Below, in pieces: positions 20,389 through 24,676 of a DNA stretch of 24,676 bases. A program made the position numbers and the translations under genes. Numbering within the stretch: position 1 is the stretch's first letter; each line of letters starts with the position of its first letter. Origin of the DNA: Wallemia ichthyophaga EXF-994 (lineage: Eukaryota > Fungi > Basidiomycota); NCBI RefSeq assembly GCF_000400465.1, contig NW_008806306.1, positions 1 to 24,676 of the forward strand. Reading direction: 5' to 3'. The notes beneath the pieces were generated by a model. It was not told the origin of the DNA. It searched no databases and saw nothing but the letters and a program-made list of their open reading frames with translations.

Positions 20389-21476
20389 CTACCAAGTCTC
20401 ATATCCACCGCTGACTTTCACATCAGATCCTTGAACGAAGCTGCTGGCTGAGGACAGTAACCACACAGCTGCACCACGTAGCTCATGACTGTAAAAGTGG
20501 TTAGTTACGGTCATTATCAATGTATCAAGAACTCACTGTATACCAAGACGCTGCATGGGTGATCCACTCTCCCACTTCTCTTTCAATCCAGGATTCTGCG
20601 CAAACACAGCTTCCGTCATATTGGTTGAGAAATGACCAGGCGAGATGCAATTCACTCTGATATCGTCCGGACCAAGCTCTGCAGCCATTGAACGAGCCAT
20701 CTGGAGAACAGCACTTTTAGCACTATTGTAGCCAACCCAATGTTGATCGCGGTTTGTTATAGATCCACTCATACTGGCTATCATAGCGATCGAGCCTGTT
20801 TGCTTGTACTTCTTCATCTGCCTAGCTACGCCTTGACTTGTGTAGAGAACACCGCCAGCATTGATTCGCATAATTCTCTCGAATGCTTCAGAGGGATAAT
20901 CACTGCAGTCGTAGGTCTCTAGAATTGCCGCAGCGCATACAGCTCCATTGATACCGCCTTCCTCTTCGCCTATTTTGTCACAGAGAGCGAAGACAGCTTT
21001 CTGATCAGAAACATCGATTTGGTGGTATATTAAGCGACTTCCGAGCGCGCTGACGTAGTCTTGCACAGCTTTAAATGTCGTGTTAGGGGATGCTGCCATG
21101 TCGAACACATGCACGTTTGCACCAGCTTCACAAAGCGATTGTGCAATCTCTAAACCGAGACCGCCTGCTCCTCCAGATACAACTGTACACTTTGATCGAG
21201 TTAGATCTGAATTCAAGTTAAACCAATTTGACTCACTTTGCCCTCTAGTGAAAATTCGTTGAAAATATCCCTCGTGGCTTCGCGTTTGCCTTGAGCGTGC
21301 TGCAAAGCAGCTTCATTACCAATAACACGACCACCGGGCAGCCTGCCTTTAGCATTAGGGGCTGATGGAGCGTGTGTGAATGGGGAGGGTATCGGTGTCT
21401 TAAGTACTGCTGAGCTTTTGAAGGTGCGAGTGGGCTTGAAACTTCTGTTATTTCTGAATGCTCTTGTTAAGATCAT
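20389..21476 (-). CDS. Classical SDR, D-arabinitol/polyol dehydrogenase-like, with a mitochondrial-presequence-like N-terminus
   Basis: ATG 21476 (MILTRAFRNNRSFKPTRTFKSS...FSLEGK), intron 21236-21190 (47 nt), CTVVSGGAGGLG...VFDM...IASMSG...YNSAK...IRVNCISPG, intron 20536-20489 (48 nt), HELRGAAVWLLSSASSFVQGSDVKVSGGYETW*. The Asp after beta-2 suggests NAD(H) preference. Confidence 0.88.
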
Positions 21477-21812
21477 AGTTAAGTGATAAAGCGTTCGCTG
21501 CGGTGTGGAAGCGTCTTATACTCTCAGATCACACCGGCCGGTCATATGAACAATCGGGCCATTCTGGAGAAATGTTGAATGATTTCAAAAACCTTTGAAT
21601 CTAAGTAGTAGAATTAGTGAGAATACTGGAAGAACAAAGCGATTGCTTCGTCCATGTCGTCTGTTTGGCGTGTTGTCGGCGCTGCGGTGAAATGGTGGCG
21701 GAGGTGGCTAAATAGAGTTGTAATTGAGTTTTACATGAGAACTTAAAATATTATCCAATTGTCGTTGATTTTTGATCGGATTAAAACAGTGAAACTCTTG
21801 CCGACAAGCCAC

Positions 21813-21835
21813 CAAGGAATTTCAAGGAATTTCAA
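21813..21835. repeat. 10-nt tandem repeat (CAAGGAATTT x2.3) just upstream of the Ayr1-like ATG
   Basis: caaggaattt caaggaattt caa, read directly. Confidence 0.7.
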
Positions 21836-21850
21836 ATTATCTTCAACTCA

Positions 21851-22761
21851 ATGGCAAGAACAGTATTGATCACTGGATGTAGTCAAGGTTAGCTCAACTA
21901 TTGCCCTCTAATATTTCTGGCATTCCTAACACTCTATTAGATGGCATCGGTGAATCGCTCGCTATAAGCTTCCAAAGAGCAAATTGCGAGGTTATAGCCA
22001 CCGCTAGAGATGCCTGCAAAATGAAAAGACTCGCGGAATCTGGAATCAGAACGCTGGAAATCGATATATCCAGTGACGACAGTGTAAACGCTGCTGTTCA
22101 GAAGCTCGCAGAAGAAAATATATCCATAGATATACTCGTAAATAACGCCGGTATAATAAACAACGGGCCTTTGGTTGAAACTTCCTTAGATACCGCCCAG
22201 AAGGTTATCAACACCAACGTCATCGGCTCCTTCCGTCTCACAAAGGCGCTCGTACCCTCTATGATTAAGTCAAAAGAAGGCCTCGTTATAAATGTCAGCT
22301 CTGTCGTAGGCGAAGTTCCTCTTCCTTTCGGTGGTTTTTACGCTATAAGCAAATCAGCCTTGAATACCCTTTCAACAGTCTTGCGTACAGAGCTAGAACC
22401 ATTCAATATCAAAGTCATGGTCCTCGAGCCAGGCGCTGTGAAGAGCAACATTGCGAATAATCACCTTCCATACACTGCTTCCGAGGCATCTCCGTACCAT
22501 CCTATTAAAGACTTGATTGCAAACAGATTGCAACTCTCTCAAATACACTCAACAGCGCCTGGAAGAGAAGCCTTTGCCGATGACGTCGTTCGATACGCTC
22601 TCAAAAGGTCACCACCAAAGCTTCTCATCACAGGAGGCAAAGCGTGGCTCTTCAAGATACTCACAAAGTTACCCTCGTCTCTTGTGCAATGGCTTTTTTC
22701 ATATAGATTCGGCTTGAAAAAGCTCAAGAACATTGTATCTACTCAGCGCAAGACCAATTGA
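21851..22761 (+). CDS. AYR1: SDR, Ayr1-like (1-acyl-DHAP reductase / lipase family)
   Basis: ATG 21851, MARTVLITGCSQ, intron 21888-21940 (53 nt), DGIGESLA...LVNNAG...NTNVIG...YAISK...KVMVLEPGAVKSNI...FGL. The TGCSx(G/D)GIG motif and overall layout match the Ayr1 subfamily; exact orthology is unverified. Confidence 0.8.
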
Positions 22762-22936
22762 AATGCTTTGTAATATATCACTAAATACACTCTATAGCAA
22801 GATAAATAGGAATGGTTTGAGGTGAGACTGATGTCATCGTCAGTACTTCCATCTCTGAGTATTTTTATGTGGGAATGCAGAGAGTATATAGTTGAATTTG
22901 ATGCGATAAAATTGCTTGGAGAATCGTAAACTTTGT

Positions 22937-24676
22937 TTACCAGCTAAAGAAAATGTCCTTGTAAATCAATGGAATGAAAATAGTTGAAAGCAAACAACCC
23001 ATAATGATAAAATAGATGAATCCATACTTGTAGAATACTCTTCTCCGCTCCATCTGGATCTTGCGTGAGTAAAGCGGTGGTCTGATCTGCTTGGATGGTT
23101 TAAGCCAGAACAATGCGATCGAATGTATCCTGTCAAATCCTGGTATAAGTGTTGGAATTGCGAGTATGAGGAATAAAATGTGACATGTCAGAAAGTCAGC
23201 CGTGAAGAGCGAGCATTCTGCAATCTTTGCGAAGAATTCTCTCAGTGGATGCGTCATAATATGCTGACCTAGCCCCGTGTACCACCATTTACCGCTCCAC
23301 CAAGCTCTGTTTGTCTCATCATTCTTGATTTCCCTGCTAAGGAAGGTGGCTATTATTGACTTAACGAATGCTCTTTGAATCGCCATTGAAGTAATGATAC
23401 CGAGGATGGTTGAACTTCCTCTCCAGTTTTCCAAAAACCATAAATATTCAAATGTGGCAATCTGACCAAGCACCGCAAATGCATGAACAGTTGCAGCCAC
23501 CATAGCTGGATATTTTTGCCAAAGTCCAGTCAGCTTCCTCCCGTAAAAGAATGACAGCATAAACCCAGTGAGTAGTACCATCGCATTAAGAAGAAGTGGA
23601 ATAAACGTAACGTGGAGTATTCTGATGAGCATGCTTGGCTTAACGACGTACTCATTGTTGATGGAATTCATGAACATGTAAGCTATGACGAAAATCAGGG
23701 CCATAAAACACGGCCAGATTATCTCCGAGAACAACACCACCTGCCAACCTGCCTTGGCGCTGTCATCCAAGTATTTTTCAGATGGTAGACCCAGTATCTT
23801 TTTCCGATAACCTGTAACACGAGTACGTGACATCCTACAGAAACTGATCCATGAGTTGGCATGGGTCTTTGAATTGCCTCTCGACATCCAGTGGAGGAAT
23901 TCTCTATAATCTATGATAAAATCATATAAAGAAAATTGATGAGGGTTGAATGCAAATGGTGCAAGTCTAAAAAATGAATCAATATTGCGAAGAGGTTGAA
24001 TAACTTCAAGCACTCACGCCAATGCCAATCCAGAAAACAAGAAGTATAATAGATGCGGAACCCACATCGTAAGCGATATGAAAGTAAGCATCAGCAGCGT
24101 TCGCATACCCATGTATATACTAGGACCAGCAAATCGCGAGAAAAGTAAAGGAAATGATATTCTGGTAGTAGCGAAACCACGTCCGGTGGCAATATATCTC
24201 GCACCACCGAATGTTAACGATGTAACAATCTGTTTAACGGTTAGAAAACTCAACTATGTGGAAAATACCTACAGAGTGACGATAGATTTGTGTTGAAAAC
24301 ACCTCGAAAACTGGGGAAAGTGATAAAAATTGCTTTGTCAACCTGATAAACGCCTTCCATGCACCTCTATCCATGAGCTCGTGCATAAACAGCGGCAGGA
24401 AAGCAATCATGAAGACCAAAAAGATGGAAACGATCGTACGCTTGATCCATTCATAAACCGGGTAAAGATTGTAGCAACCAGGCTGCCCACCCACGTAATC
24501 TCCATTTTCATCGTGTTTGCAGTCTTCTAGTGTCGCATTCAGCGTACCAAGGAATACCACTAAGGTTACATCAGTAAATATAATGAACGAGAGCGGAAAT
24601 CCACTTACTTGTTACTGTAATTATTTGTACGGAAAATATAACTAGTGTGTTGTTTACGTGGAAACCACCATGACCG
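22937..24676 (-). CDS. FKS: 1,3-beta-glucan synthase (GT48), copy B; C-terminal membrane domain only, 5' part beyond the right edge
   Basis: From base 24675: GHGGFHVNNTLVIFSVQIITVT, intron 24608-24560 (49 nt), MVFLGTLN...GQPGCYNL..EWIKR...SLSPVFEVFSTQIY, intron 24272-24230 (43 nt), FGGARYIATGRGFAT.R..F..L.SRFA..SIY.G, intron 24017-23967 (51 nt), PFAFNPHQF...WMSRGN...RELKNDETNRAWW-like segment...FWLKPSKQIRPP; stop 22937-39. Confidence 0.95.

Noticed and set aside
21813-21835. Heat-shock element in the GAATTTC repeat
   Set aside because: GAA and TTC are separated by 1 nt, not the 2 nt required for nGAAnnTTCn.

Overview
Gene-dense fungal nuclear DNA, basidiomycete-like in protein sequence, with short (43-57 nt) GT-AG introns. 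A very compact genome such as Wallemia is my guess and is not shown by the sequence. I reconstruct 12 protein-coding genes and 25 introns by hand. In order: FKS-type 1,3-beta-glucan synthase copy A (-, runs off the left edge); Ser/Thr-rich type I membrane protein (+); Prp2/Cdc28/DHX16 DEAH helicase (+); double RING-H2-like protein (+); frequenin/NCS-1 (+); NADP-glutamate dehydrogenase (+, ATG-only exon 1 and a 365-nt intron 1 absent from the ORF track); a 63-aa mitochondrial-presequence microprotein (-); MCM3 (+, start codon split by an intron); a SUR7/PalI-family protein (-); a mitochondrial-type polyol-dehydrogenase SDR (-); an Ayr1-like SDR (+); and the 3' part of a second FKS (copy B, -, entering from the right edge). 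I saw no tRNA, rRNA, CRISPR or transposon. The most interesting points are: (1) both window ends stop at opposite edges of the same ~0.3-kb conserved FKS segment; (2) the GDH upstream region and long intron carry an 18-bp palindrome, a Leu3/LeuB-type CCG-N4-CGG and a perfect Gcn4/CpcA site; (3) an uncharacterised mitochondrial microprotein; (4) both introns of the splicing helicase gene are 3n and stop-free. I cannot claim a new biological system. All coordinates, splice models and probabilities are hand-derived and need computational or RNA-seq checks.
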